DNA from: Acidimicrobiales bacterium
Lineage (GTDB): Bacteria; Actinomycetota; Acidimicrobiia; Acidimicrobiales; Bog-793
Direction of reading: 5' to 3'
DNA: 64,000 nt
Assembly (NCBI GenBank): GCA_035625025.1
Contig: DASPQJ010000041.1
Span: 1,679 to 65,678 of the forward strand
In this document: in pieces, positions 18,705 to 27,633 of the stretch
How the letters are laid out: every line of letters begins with the position of its first letter
Numbering within the stretch: the first letter of the stretch is position 1
Notes under the pieces: generated by a model
What the model was told of the DNA's origin: nothing
Database searches by the model: none
Seen by the model: the letters and a program-made list of their open reading frames with translations, nothing else
Position numbers and translations under genes: made by a program

Positions 18705-19443
18705 CGGACTTTCTCTTCCTCGCCGGGCGCGTCCTAGGTCCCGGCGGTGTCACGGACCCGACCCCGGCGCTCGGACAGATGTCGGCGAGCGCGCACACCT
18801 CACAGCGCGGCCGACGGGCGCGGCAGACGGCCCGGCCGTGGAGGATCAGTCGCAGGCTGAATGCGCCCCACTCGTCGGGCGCGACGAGCGTGCCCAGATC
18901 GCGCTCGACGACGTCCGGGTCGTCGGCAGCGCTGAAGCCGAGGCGACGCGCCAGCCGGCCGACGTGGGTGTCGACCGGCAACCCCGGCAACCCGAAGGCG
19001 ACGGACAAGACGACGTTCGCCGTCTTTCTCCCGACGCCGGGCAGCGTGACGAGCCCGTCGAGAGTTTGCGGCACGATGCCGGCGAACCGGGCGACGAGCG
19101 CTTGAGCCATGCCGGCGAGACTGCGGGCCTTGGCGCGGAAAAACCCGGTCGAGCGGATGATCTCCTCGAGCTCGCCGGGATCGGCGCCGGCGAGGTCCTC
19201 CGGGGTCGGGAAAGCGCGGAAAAGAGCCGGGGTGACGAGGTTGACCCGCTCGTCGGTCGTCTGCGCCGACAAGATCGTCGCGACGAGAAGCTGAAAGGCC
19301 CCGTCGTGGCGCAACGCACAGAGTTCGCGGGCGTCTCCCGGGAACTGCGCGGCGAGACGCTGCGCCGCGACCCGGGCGCGCCCGGCGGTGCTCCTCGGCT
19401 TGGCCACTTCGGCCGATCGTAGTGAGACGGGCCGCTCCCCCAC
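18682..19443 (-). CDS. nth: endonuclease III
   Basis: HhH-GPD motifs LLVATILSAQTTD, LPGVGRKTANVVL, VDTHV. 4Fe-4S ligands CRARRPRCEVCALADIC. Start is GTG 19443 or GTG 19407. Confidence 0.9.
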   Translation of the reverse strand: MGERPVSLRSAEVAKPRSTAGRARVAAQRLAAQFPGDARELCALRHDGAFQLLVATILSAQTTDERVNLVTPALFRAFPTPEDLAGADPGELEEIIRSTGFFRAKARSLAGMAQALVARFAGIVPQTLDGLVTLPGVGRKTANVVLSVAFGLPGLPVDTHVGRLARRLGFSAADDPDVVERDLGTLVAPDEWGAFSLRLILHGRAVCRARRPRCEVCALADICPSAGVGSVTPPGPRTRPARKRKSASGVSPG

Positions 19444-19474
19444 GTTCCCCCCTTGCCGCCGGTACCGTGAGCGC

Positions 19475-20386
19475 GTGGACCGTGTCGAGGTCTCCCGGCG
19501 AACGGCCGGCGCGGTGACCCCGGCGATCGCGGCGCTCCTCGCCGCGGCGACGGAGGCGCTCGGTTACCGGCCCCTCGACGAGGACAGCTGGCGCGATCTC
19601 GCCGCGGGCCACCAGCCCGGATTCGCCGGGTTCGTCGCGCGGGCCTCGGAACGGCCGGAGATCGTCGGCTACGCCCAGCTCGACCGGGGACCGAGTTCCT
19701 GGGGGCTCGAGTACGTCCTCGACCCGACAATCCCAGAGGCGTTCTCCGTGGCGCGGGCGCTGTGCCGCGCCGGGGTCGACCTCGCCGCCCGGGAGGGCGG
19801 CGGCCCGCTCCAGCTCTGGGCCCGGTCCCCGACAGCTGCGAACGACGAGATCGCGGGCTCGGTCGGGTTGGTCCGGGAACGAGAGCTCTGTCAGATGCGA
19901 CGCCCGCTGCCGATCGACGAGGACGCGTCGCCCCGCCTTTCGACCCGCGCCTTTCGGGTCGGCCAGGACGAACCCGCCTGGCTCGAGCTCAACAACCGCA
20001 GCTTCGCCTCCCACCCCGAACAGGGATCCTGGAGCCCGGAGATGCTCGCGGCGCGGGAGCGCCAACCCTGGTTCGACCCCGCGGGCTTCCTCGTCCACGA
20101 ACGCGGCGGGAAGATGGTGGCGTTCTGCTGGACCAAGGTCCACGGGGGCGAGACCCCGCTCGGTGAGATTTACGTGCTCGGTGTCGACCCTGCCCATCAG
20201 GCCCGCGGCATCGGCGCGGCGATGCTGCGCGCCGGCCTCGAGGTCCTCCACGACAGGGGACTGCGCACCGTGATGCTCTACGTCGACGCCGACAACGAGC
20301 GGGCCGTGGAGCTGTACCGCTCGTTCGGCTTCGTCGTCCACCACCATGACCGCGCCTACGGCGGGCAGATCGAGCCGGCGCGGTGA
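19475..20386 (+). CDS. mshD: mycothiol synthase (tandem GNAT)
   Basis: Distal part of track ORF 19388..20386, from GTG 19475. ELCQMRRPLP, NNRSFASHPEQGSW, WFDPAGFLV, FCWTKVH, GEIYVLGVDPAHQARGIG and LYVDADNERAVELYRSFGF parallel M. tuberculosis MshD as I remember it. Confidence 0.85.
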   Translation: MDRVEVSRRTAGAVTPAIAALLAAATEALGYRPLDEDSWRDLAAGHQPGFAGFVARASERPEIVGYAQLDRGPSSWGLEYVLDPTIPEAFSVARALCRAGVDLAAREGGGPLQLWARSPTAANDEIAGSVGLVRERELCQMRRPLPIDEDASPRLSTRAFRVGQDEPAWLELNNRSFASHPEQGSWSPEMLAARERQPWFDPAGFLVHERGGKMVAFCWTKVHGGETPLGEIYVLGVDPAHQARGIGAAMLRAGLEVLHDRGLRTVMLYVDADNERAVELYRSFGFVVHHHDRAYGGQIEPAR

Positions 20387-21480
20387 GCCGCTACGACCTC
20401 AGCCGGGACGAGCTCGCCGAGCTCCTCGGCGACCTGCCGCCCTACCGGACAAACCAGCTCTGGGAAGGGCTCTACGGCCGGTTCGCCGAGCCGACCGAGT
20501 TGCGGGAGCTTCCCCGGGCGCTGCGCGCCCGGCTGGCGGCTCTCCCCAAGTTCGCGCCCGCGCTCGACGTCGAGGGGGAGCGAACGGCCGACGCCGGCGA
20601 GACGCTGAAGTGGCTGCTCCGCCTCGCCGACGGCGGGAGGATCGAGGCCGTCCTCCTCCACCACCCGCGCCGTTCCACGGTGTGCGTCTCGTCCCAGGCC
20701 GGTTGCGCGATGGCCTGCACGTTCTGTGCCACCGGTGACGCCGGCTTGCTCCGCCAGCTTTCGACCGGGGAGATCGTCGAGCAGGTCGTGCTGGCGGCAC
20801 GTGCCGCGCGCCGCGCCGGACGCCGCCTCGACCACGTCGTGTTCATGGGCATGGGTGAGCCGTTGGCGAACTTCGGCAACGTCTGGCGGGCGATCGAGCG
20901 GATCATCGACGACATCGGCGTCGCCGCCCGGCACGTCACCGTGTCGACGGTCGGCGTCATCCCCGGGATCCGGCGCCTGGCGGCCGCGCCGCGCCAGGTC
21001 AACCTCGCCGTGTCGCTCCATGCCGCCAACGACACGCTGCGCAACGGGCTCGTGCCCCTGAACCGCCGCTACCCGCTCGGCGACCTCGTCGCGGCCTGTG
21101 CGGACTACTTCGCAGCGACGCACCGGAGGATCTCGTTCGAGTGGGCGCTCATCGCCGGCGTGAACGACACCGACAGCGACGCCGACGAGCTCGCGGCCCT
21201 GTCCCGCGAGTTGCACGCCCATGTCAACCTCATCCCGCTCAACCCGACACCCGGCGGGATCGGGCGCGGTCTCGTCGGATCCCCCCGAAGACGGGTCCTC
21301 GCCTTCCAGGGTCGGCTAGCCGACAAGGGCGTCAACGCCACCGTCCGGCGGGCACGGGGCCGCGCCATCGAGGCCGCGTGCGGCCAGCTCGCGACGGTCC
21401 GGGGCCAAGCGCTCCCCGCGGTGAGCGCCGGACACCTCGGGCCGAGCGGCGCCGACGCGACACCGGCGAGCCGTCGCTGA
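20383..21480 (+). CDS. rlmN: 23S rRNA/tRNA m2A methyltransferase (radical SAM)
   Basis: 365-aa track ORF. Motifs: YRTNQLWEGLY, SSQAGCAMACTFCATG, MGMGEPLAN. GTG 20383 overlaps the mshD TGA. Confidence 0.92.
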   Translation: MSRYDLSRDELAELLGDLPPYRTNQLWEGLYGRFAEPTELRELPRALRARLAALPKFAPALDVEGERTADAGETLKWLLRLADGGRIEAVLLHHPRRSTVCVSSQAGCAMACTFCATGDAGLLRQLSTGEIVEQVVLAARAARRAGRRLDHVVFMGMGEPLANFGNVWRAIERIIDDIGVAARHVTVSTVGVIPGIRRLAAAPRQVNLAVSLHAANDTLRNGLVPLNRRYPLGDLVAACADYFAATHRRISFEWALIAGVNDTDSDADELAALSRELHAHVNLIPLNPTPGGIGRGLVGSPRRRVLAFQGRLADKGVNATVRRARGRAIEAACGQLATVRGQALPAVSAGHLGPSGADATPASRR

Positions 21481-21575
21481 CCGCTTCCTGACCGTGGCCC
21501 GCGACCGCGGCGCTGTCCGCGCCGCCGCCGAGCGCGGCGGTTACGCTCGGGCGTCCGTCGAGTGAAGGGGACCTG

Positions 21576-22484
21576 TTGCGTCGCATCGCCGTTTTCGTTC
21601 TCGCCATCCTCGCCGCCACCGCACCGATCGCCGGGGCGTCACGCACCACCCGCGGCCCGAGCGGGCTTCCGACCGTCGCCGCCAAGTTCGACCACACCCC
21701 GAAGATCGTCTTCCCGAAGACCGCTGCGCCGAAGACCCTGTCGGCGACCGTTCTCGATCCGGGAACCGGTGCCGTCGTCGCCCGCGGCGATCTCCTCGTC
21801 GTCAACTACCTCGGCCAGATCTGGCGGGGCCGGGTCTTCGACTCCTCCTTCGGCGAGCCGGTCCCCGCCGCCTTCCAGATCGGCGTGAAGGAGGTCATCC
21901 CGGGTTGGGACAAGACCCTCGTCGGCCAGCGTGTCGGCAGTCGCGTCCTCCTCGTCGTCCCCCCTGTCGACGGCTACGGCAAGAAGGGCCAGCCCTCGGC
22001 CGGAATCACCGCCACCGACACGCTCGTCTTCGTCGTCGACCTCCTTGGCGCCTACGGACGGAACGCCGTTGGTGATCCCAACGCCGTCGTCCTGCGCAGC
22101 GGGTTGGGCGGCGTGAGCGTCGGCGGGGCCCCCGGGGTCGAACCCACGATCACGATCGCCAAGGGCGCGCCGAAACCGAAGGTCCTGGAAACGGCCGTTC
22201 TCGACCGGGGTAACGGCGCCCTGCTGAAGCCGGGCCTCGTCGTCATCCAGGCCGTCATCGCCAACTGGCAGGGCAAGGTCGTCGACTCGACCTGGGCGAA
22301 CAAGCTCCCCGTCTACTCAACGGTCGGGATCAAGTCCGAGCCGACCCTGCTCGACTCGCTTGTCGGCACGCCGATCGGCAGCCGCGTCCTCATCGTGGCC
22401 GCGGGGTCGTCCTCGGCCAAACCGGAAGCGATCGTGGTCGACATCGTCGCCGAGCCGCCGGGCACGGCCGCCCAGTCGAAGTAG
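21576..22484 (+). CDS. secreted FKBP-type peptidyl-prolyl isomerase (two FKBP-like domains)
   Basis: TTG start after gaagggga. Signal peptide MRRIAVFVLAILAATAPIAGA. FKBP core: VVNYLGQIWRGRVFDSSF, VIPGWDKTLVGQRVGSRVLLVVPP, DTLVFVVDLL. Confidence 0.88.
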   Translation: MRRIAVFVLAILAATAPIAGASRTTRGPSGLPTVAAKFDHTPKIVFPKTAAPKTLSATVLDPGTGAVVARGDLLVVNYLGQIWRGRVFDSSFGEPVPAAFQIGVKEVIPGWDKTLVGQRVGSRVLLVVPPVDGYGKKGQPSAGITATDTLVFVVDLLGAYGRNAVGDPNAVVLRSGLGGVSVGGAPGVEPTITIAKGAPKPKVLETAVLDRGNGALLKPGLVVIQAVIANWQGKVVDSTWANKLPVYSTVGIKSEPTLLDSLVGTPIGSRVLIVAAGSSSAKPEAIVVDIVAEPPGTAAQSK

Positions 22485-22654
22485 CCGACCAGCGGCCGCG
22501 CCGCTCGTCGACGAGGGAACCACCCGCCGGTTCGCCGCTCGGTCCGAGGAACCCGGGTGCTTCTTCCTCGCCGGGCCGACCGCAGGATCCCGCCCCGAGG
22601 AACGCCCCGCCCGCCGGGGGAACCCCCGCGACCCGAGGGTCCTGACCGCGGGCT

Positions 22655-23095
22655 TCAGCGCGGCCGCGCCCTATTGGACGCCGGATGCTGGGGCGCGATT
22701 CTCGCCAGCTCCTCGGCCGACGACGTGGCCGTCACGCCGGCGCAGAAGATCCCGACCTCCATCGCCCAGCGCTCGAGGTGGGCGCGCAGGATCGCTCTTG
22801 CCGGCATCGGCCAGTTCGTCGACGACGATTGGCTCCGTCTTCCGGCCGAGTTGGAGCTCACCGGATCTGGCGACGCGGATGTGGCGCACCCACTCGGTCT
22901 CCCCGGGCCGCCACCAGGAAACGCTTCCCCGAGCACGAGAAGATTGACCGGCAGGCTGCGCCATTGCCCGGTCGCGCGACCTCGGACCCGCAGGACGCGC
23001 GAGCCGAGAACGCTCCGCCCGAACCGGGTGAGAAGCGCCACGAAGCGGTTGAAGAGGTGGACGGCAAACCAACCAGGCTTCCGGCAGTGGGCCAT
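22655..23095 (-). pseudogene. deazaflavin(F420)-dependent nitroreductase-family gene whose central third is out of frame (compensated frameshifts); a 146-aa ORF nevertheless stays open
   Basis: Family-like peptides lie in three frames. Frame of ORF 22655..23095: FNRFVALLTRFGRSVLGSRVLRVRGRATGQWRSLPVNLLVLGE. Frame of ORF 22858..23067: GKRFLVAARG. Frame of ORF 22671..24020: ETEWVRHIRVARSGELQLGRKTEPIVVDELADAGKS. Then back to the first frame: AILRAHLERWAMEVGIFCAGVTATSSAEELARIAPQHP. Two of the switches sit at C/G runs near 22927-22930 and 22901-22907. Confidence 0.5.
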
Positions 23096-23288
23096 GGGCC
23101 TTCGTCGCGCCCCGGTTGAGGTCCTGCCAGACCAAGGGCAAGCAGGCGCAGCGCCGAAGGCCGAAAGGCAGAGATCCCTTGGCCCGTGCGGCGAACGTCG
23201 GCCCCGAGTCAGACGTCACGCGAAAGACGACGGCGCGAACGAGCGGAGCCGCCGATTCGCGCCCGCGGTCACCTGACAGACTGGGGCC

Positions 23289-23657
23289 GTGGTGAGACAG
23301 GTTCCCCGCACGCGACGCTGGTTTCCGGTCCACCAGCCGTCGACCCTCCAGATCGCGGCCGTCCTGCTGTACTGGAGCGCATTTCTCGGCCTTATCTCCG
23401 GCCTGTTCGTCGGCGGGGCAGGTCGTTACGCGCTCATCTTGACGGCCGCCGAGGCCGCCGGAGCTTACGGGATCGCCAACGAACGCCGCTGGGGCTACGG
23501 CGTCGCGCTCGTCGCGGCGGTCATCCCCCTCGTCCTTGTCCTCCGAGTCCCGGCTCTTCTCGGCGCGTCGGTGTTGGGCGTGCTCTTCCAGATCGCGCTC
23601 GTCGCGCTCCTCCTCCATCCCCAGAGCCGCGATTACTACAGGCTCTGGTACCGCTGA
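23289..23657 (+). CDS. hypothetical integral membrane protein (about 4 TM helices)
   Basis: 122-aa track ORF with a GTG start. Hydrophobic segments include LQIAAVLLYWSAFLGLISGLFVGG and VALVAAVIPLVLVL. Third codon positions are G/C-rich. No family recognised. Confidence 0.65.
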   Translation: MVRQVPRTRRWFPVHQPSTLQIAAVLLYWSAFLGLISGLFVGGAGRYALILTAAEAAGAYGIANERRWGYGVALVAAVIPLVLVLRVPALLGASVLGVLFQIALVALLLHPQSRDYYRLWYR

Positions 23658-23749
23658 CGTTCGATTCCCGACCTCAGCAGAGCCGCGCCCGACGAGTTGA
23701 CGTCTCGCCGGGCGACCCGCTGCCCCAGGGCGACGAGAAGGCCGCGGCC

Positions 23750-24454
23750 GTGCGGGCGATGTTCGACACCATCGCGGACCGCTACGACCTGTTGAACCGG
23801 TTGATCTCACTCGGACTCGACCGCACCTGGCGCCGGCGCGCCGTCGCGGCGCTCGACCTCGCGCCACCGTCTGTCGTCGTCGACCTCGCCTGCGGGACCG
23901 GTGACCTCTGCCGCGAACTGACGAAGGCGGGTCATCGCGCCCTCGGCGTGGACTTCTCGCCAAGGATGCTGGCGGCCGCGAGAGCGGGCGCCGTGCCGCT
24001 CGTCCAGGCCGACGCGACACTCCTGCCCGTCGCGACCGGCTCCGTCGACGGGCTCGTCTGCGGATTCGCCCTCCGAAACTTCGTCGAACTCGCCGCGGTC
24101 CTCGTCGAGGTGGCCCGCGTCGTGCGCCCCGGCGGACGAATCTCGCTCCTCGAGGTCGACGAACCGCGCTCGAAGCTGGTCGCCGCCGGGCACCGGATCT
24201 GGTTCCGGGGGGTGGTCCCAGGCCTTGGCGCGCTGCTCTCGGACGGCGCCGCCTACCGCTACCTGCCGCGTTCGGTCGCCTACCTGCCGGCGCCGGCGGA
24301 GATGGCAGCGCTCGTCGAGGGTGTCGGATTCGCGGAGCTGCGGCGCCTCCGACTCCACGGAGGGATTGCCCAGGTCATCGCGGCGACCCGCGTCGGCGGA
24401 AGGCCGCTGGGGGGCCGGACTCACCCCGGCCGGCCCGGACGGAACCCGACGTGA
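23750..24454 (+). CDS. menG: demethylmenaquinone methyltransferase (UbiE/MenG)
   Basis: Distal part of track ORF 23186..24454. Motifs: MFDTIADRYDLLNRLISLGLDRTWRR and VVDLACGTGD. Start uncertain: GTG 23750, ATG 23759, or a rarer upstream codon. Confidence 0.85.
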   Translation: MRAMFDTIADRYDLLNRLISLGLDRTWRRRAVAALDLAPPSVVVDLACGTGDLCRELTKAGHRALGVDFSPRMLAAARAGAVPLVQADATLLPVATGSVDGLVCGFALRNFVELAAVLVEVARVVRPGGRISLLEVDEPRSKLVAAGHRIWFRGVVPGLGALLSDGAAYRYLPRSVAYLPAPAEMAALVEGVGFAELRRLRLHGGIAQVIAATRVGGRPLGGRTHPGRPGRNPT

Positions 24455-25773
24455 GCGCCCCGGCCCGACTCACCGGCCCCGACGGCGAGCCGATCGCGGC
24501 CGGCGCCCTCTCCTGGCGCGGGGTGCGCCTCGGTTCCGATCTCCTCGCCCGAGCGCGCCGTCACGCCTTCCGCGCCGGACGGGTGATCGCCCGCGACGGC
24601 CTGGAAGTGCTCTCCTGGGGGGTGGCGGCTCGGATCGAGTTCCCCCGCGGCGCCGGTGAGCCTGCCGCAGCCGAGTGCGCCCACGAGCTTCTCGCTGCGA
24701 TACCCGGCGGACCGGACGGCGAGACCGCGATCCGCGGGCCCGTCGCGCTCGGCGCGCTCCCCTTCGACACCTCGGTGCCGGGGTCGCTCGTCATCGCCGG
24801 GACGACGATCGTCGTCGACGGAGGAACCGGCGCCGCGGTCGCCGTCGGGCCCGGCCCGGGATCCCCCGATCCCTGGGGGAAATCTCCCCGCGACTTCGCG
24901 GTTCCCGAGAGCGACGACCGCGGGGACGAGGCGGGTCCCGACCGATTCCGCGTCGACTCGGTCCGGCCCCACGACGATTTCCTCGCCCGGGTCGCGGCGG
25001 CGCGCGCCGCGATCCGGGCCGGCGATCTCGCCAAGGTCGTCCTCGTTCGCGAGGTCGCCCTCCGCGCCAACCAGCGCTTCCGCCAGTTCGACCTCCTCGA
25101 ACGCCTGCGCGCCCTCCACCCGACCTGTGCCGCCTTCGCGATCGACGGTTTCGTCGGTGCCAGCCCGGAGCTCCTCGTCCGACGGCGCGATCGCCTGATC
25201 GGGTCTCGCCCGCTCGCCGGGACGGTCGCCCGCAGTGGCGATCGGTCCGAGGACGCCCGGGCCGCGGCCGAACTGTTGGCGTCGCCAAAGGACCGCCTCG
25301 AGCACCGCTACGTCGTCGAAGCCATCATCGCCACCTTCGCCCGCCACGCCGGTGACGTCGCCGTCCCCGAGAAACCGGAGCTTCTCGAGCTCCGCAACGT
25401 CATCCACCTCGCGACGCCGGTGTCGGGGACGTTGCACGCCGTCGGTCCGGACGGGCGCCTCCCGAGCGCGCTCGGCCTCGCCCTCGAGCTCCACCCGACG
25501 CCCGCCGTCGCCGGCGTACCGCGCGAAGCCGCGCTCGCCTACCTCGACAAGGCCGAAGATCTCGACCGGGGGCGCTTCGCCGGGCCGGTCGGCTGGTTCG
25601 ACGCCTCCGGTGACGGTGAATGGTGGATCGGCATCCGCAGCGCGGTCGTCGACGGGGCCCGGGCACGCCTTTTCGCCGGGGCCGGCATCGTCGCGGCCTC
25701 CGACCCGGCGACAGAGCTCGCTGAAACCCAGCTGAAACTCCAGGCGCTTCTCGCCGCGTTCGTGCGCCCCTGA
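24451..25773 (+). CDS. menF: isochorismate synthase
   Basis: 440-aa track ORF. Chorismate-binding motifs: GASPELLVRR, RPLAGT, HPTPAVAG, DRGRFAGPVGW, IRSA, AGAGIVA. GTG 24451 overlaps the menG TGA. Confidence 0.88.
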   Translation: MSAPARLTGPDGEPIAAGALSWRGVRLGSDLLARARRHAFRAGRVIARDGLEVLSWGVAARIEFPRGAGEPAAAECAHELLAAIPGGPDGETAIRGPVALGALPFDTSVPGSLVIAGTTIVVDGGTGAAVAVGPGPGSPDPWGKSPRDFAVPESDDRGDEAGPDRFRVDSVRPHDDFLARVAAARAAIRAGDLAKVVLVREVALRANQRFRQFDLLERLRALHPTCAAFAIDGFVGASPELLVRRRDRLIGSRPLAGTVARSGDRSEDARAAAELLASPKDRLEHRYVVEAIIATFARHAGDVAVPEKPELLELRNVIHLATPVSGTLHAVGPDGRLPSALGLALELHPTPAVAGVPREAALAYLDKAEDLDRGRFAGPVGWFDASGDGEWWIGIRSAVVDGARARLFAGAGIVAASDPATELAETQLKLQALLAAFVRP

Positions 25774-25859
25774 CACCGCGCTCCCCCGAACCCCGGGGCG
25801 ATGGCGATCCTGCGGTGCTTTGCTATCTCCGTGACTGACCGGTAGCCCCCGGCCAGCGG

Positions 25860-26640
25860 GTGCGGGAAAACGACCGCCTAAAGGACCGGACCGGGACGCT
25901 CGGCGATCTCTGGGCCACGACACCGTGCACCTTCCCGGATCCCGGGTGCTCGAGGTCGATGTGGCGTCGGCGCCCAGACGATCACGCTTGCACGAAAAAG
26001 CCCCAGAGCCCGGCTCACGTCATTTCGGATCCCCGCGGATTCGCTCGCCCCGGTCGAGCGGCGGGCCAAGTCCCTCGGGCTGACCAACGTGGAATTCCGC
26101 CGAGCAGACGTCTTCTCCTTGCCGTTCGCTCCTCGGTCGTTCCACCACTCTTTCTTTCTTTCGTCCTCGAGCACCTCTCCCGGCCGGTCGAAGCCTGGGC
26201 CCGCCCCGGCGAGCTCTGCAGTCCGACGGGGCGATCGCGGCGATCGCGGGCGACGACGGGTCGGCGGTCTTCCATCCCGACGACGCCGCCGCGCACCGGG
26301 CGATCCGCGGCCCGATCGACCTGCAGCGCCAGGCCGGCCTGACGCCTTGATCGGGCGACGGGTCGGTCCCTTCTCGTCGGGGCCGGCTTCCGAGACGTCC
26401 GGGGCGACCCTCGGGTCGTCTGCGCCGACGCGAGCCGCCCCGGGCTCGTTGCCGGCTTCACCGGAAAGACGTTCCCCGCGCCAACCGGGGGCGGGCGCGA
26501 GGCGGCCCTCGCGGCGGGTCTTATCGACGACAAGACCTTCGATGCCGGTGTCCGCGCTTTGGACCGGACGGCGGAGAGCGATGGGGTGTCCCTCGAGACG
26601 TTCTTCAAAGGAGTCGGCGAGAAAGGGCGAGCCGACATCC
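25860..26640 (+). pseudogene. class I SAM-dependent methyltransferase, heavily frameshifted
   Basis: Successive family-like peptides are found in rotating frames: RLKDRTGTLGDLW / HDTVHLPGSRVLEV / (G)CGVGAQTITLARKSP..LTNVEFRRADVFSLPFAPRSF / FVLEHLSRPVEA / LQSDGAIAAIAGDDGSAVFHPDDAAAHRAIRGPIDLQRQAG / DALIGRRVGP / LLVGAGFRDVRGDPRVVCADASRPGLVAGFTGKTF..GLIDDKTFDAGVRALDRTAESDGVSLETFFKGVG. That is at least 6 frame changes, all in the same direction, plus a TGA at 26348-26350. Confidence 0.65.
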
Positions 26641-26880
26641 GCCCGCCGGCGTCGCCGACCGCGACGAACGCAATGCCGGGCCCGAATGGCACAGCCCGAC
26701 GCGGTGGTCTTGTCCGGGAGCCTTCACCGGGCCAAAACGTCGGTCGGACCGTCGCCGACAAGGATCCCCCTTTGTGGTCGACAGCGCCGCCGGGAGATCA
26801 CATCCGAGTCGATCGAGGAGTGCCCCGACGCGACGTTGCCCGAGGTCGAACGCCTTCCGCCAAAGAGCCGGCGACTTCGC

Positions 26881-27249
26881 CTACTCGGGGATCTGCGTCG
26901 ACAGGCAGAACGGGTGACCGGCGGGATCGAGCAGCACCCGCCAGCGCTCCGGCGCGGGCTGCACCGTGGCGCGACGCGCCCCAAGCCGGATCGCTTCGGC
27001 TTCGGCTTCGTCGAGGTCGCCGACCGCCAGATCGAGGTGCATCTGCTTGGGGAAGGCGCCTTCGGGCCACGTCGGCGGGACGTAGTTGGCGACGCGGACC
27101 GTGGACAACCAGCCGCGGTCGGTCCGCACCGCGACGAACTCGTCGCTCGTGTACGCGACTTCGCCCCCGAGCAACGCGGCCCAGAATTCCCCCAGGGGAC
27201 CGGGGTCCGTGCAGTCCAGCGAGACCGATCCCAGTCGAGCCACGGCCAT
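26881..27249 (-). CDS. VOC (glyoxalase/bleomycin-resistance fold) family protein
   Basis: 122-aa track ORF. LGSVSLDCTDPGPLGEFWAALLGGEV..MHLDLAVGDLDEAEAEAIRLGA..VLLDPAGHPFCL is typical of glyoxalase-like domain proteins. Confidence 0.85.
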   Translation of the reverse strand: MAVARLGSVSLDCTDPGPLGEFWAALLGGEVAYTSDEFVAVRTDRGWLSTVRVANYVPPTWPEGAFPKQMHLDLAVGDLDEAEAEAIRLGARRATVQPAPERWRVLLDPAGHPFCLSTQIPE

Positions 27250-27633
27250 GTCCCGATGGTACCGGCGACGACGGCGTCTTGCGCGGGGCCTTTCGGGCTC
27301 GATCTCCCCGGCAAACTCGGCGACGCTTGTGACCGGCGTTCGGGAACGGACACGGGAGATGCCGAGCGGAAGACGCTGACGCGGCGCCCCGAGGCGTGAC
27401 GACGGCTACTCGCGGGGGCGGTGACAAGCGACGATTGGCCCAGTGCCGGCACCCGCCGGCCGCCCGTCGTGGCACCGTGCAGGGACCGCTGCAGAGTGTC
27501 GGCATTGGATGAGCAACCCGCCGCTCCCCGCGACTTGGCACGCTTCCCAAGGAAAACGGCTAGAGGCGGCGCGGGTCCCCCGGGGGCGGGACCGGACGTT
27601 CGCTTCGTCCGGGATATCTGCGAAGCTGCTCCG

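Noticed and set aside
21505-21535. GC-only short hairpins after rlmN (ccgccgc..gcggcgg), after the TetR gene (55440-55465), and between DUF4389 and adh (60485-60510), considered as intrinsic terminators.
   Set aside because: The stems are only 5-7 bp with no following T-run. Such hairpins occur by chance at this G+C content, so I did not annotate them.
26229-26248. Short tandem duplication gcgatcgcg-gcgatcgcg and other small direct repeats in the methyltransferase relic.
   Set aside because: Only two copies of a 9-mer. In-frame it encodes AIAAIA, so there is no evidence of a repeat family.
22655-26640. The frameshifts could be plain sequencing or assembly errors.
   Set aside because: This is not fully excluded. 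Several breaks sit at short homopolymers. However, lesions are clustered several per gene in four accessory loci and absent from the rest. Two in-frame TAGs and a deletion of about 300 bp cannot be homopolymer errors. I therefore report them as probable pseudogenes with moderate confidence.
27421-27633. The 5' 71 codons of track ORF 27421..28128 (MTSDDWPSAGTRRPP..).
   Set aside because: The sequence is Arg/Pro-rich and low-complexity, unlike the downstream part. It probably belongs to the divergent promoter region shared with the VOC gene, so the start was moved to 27634, though with low certainty.
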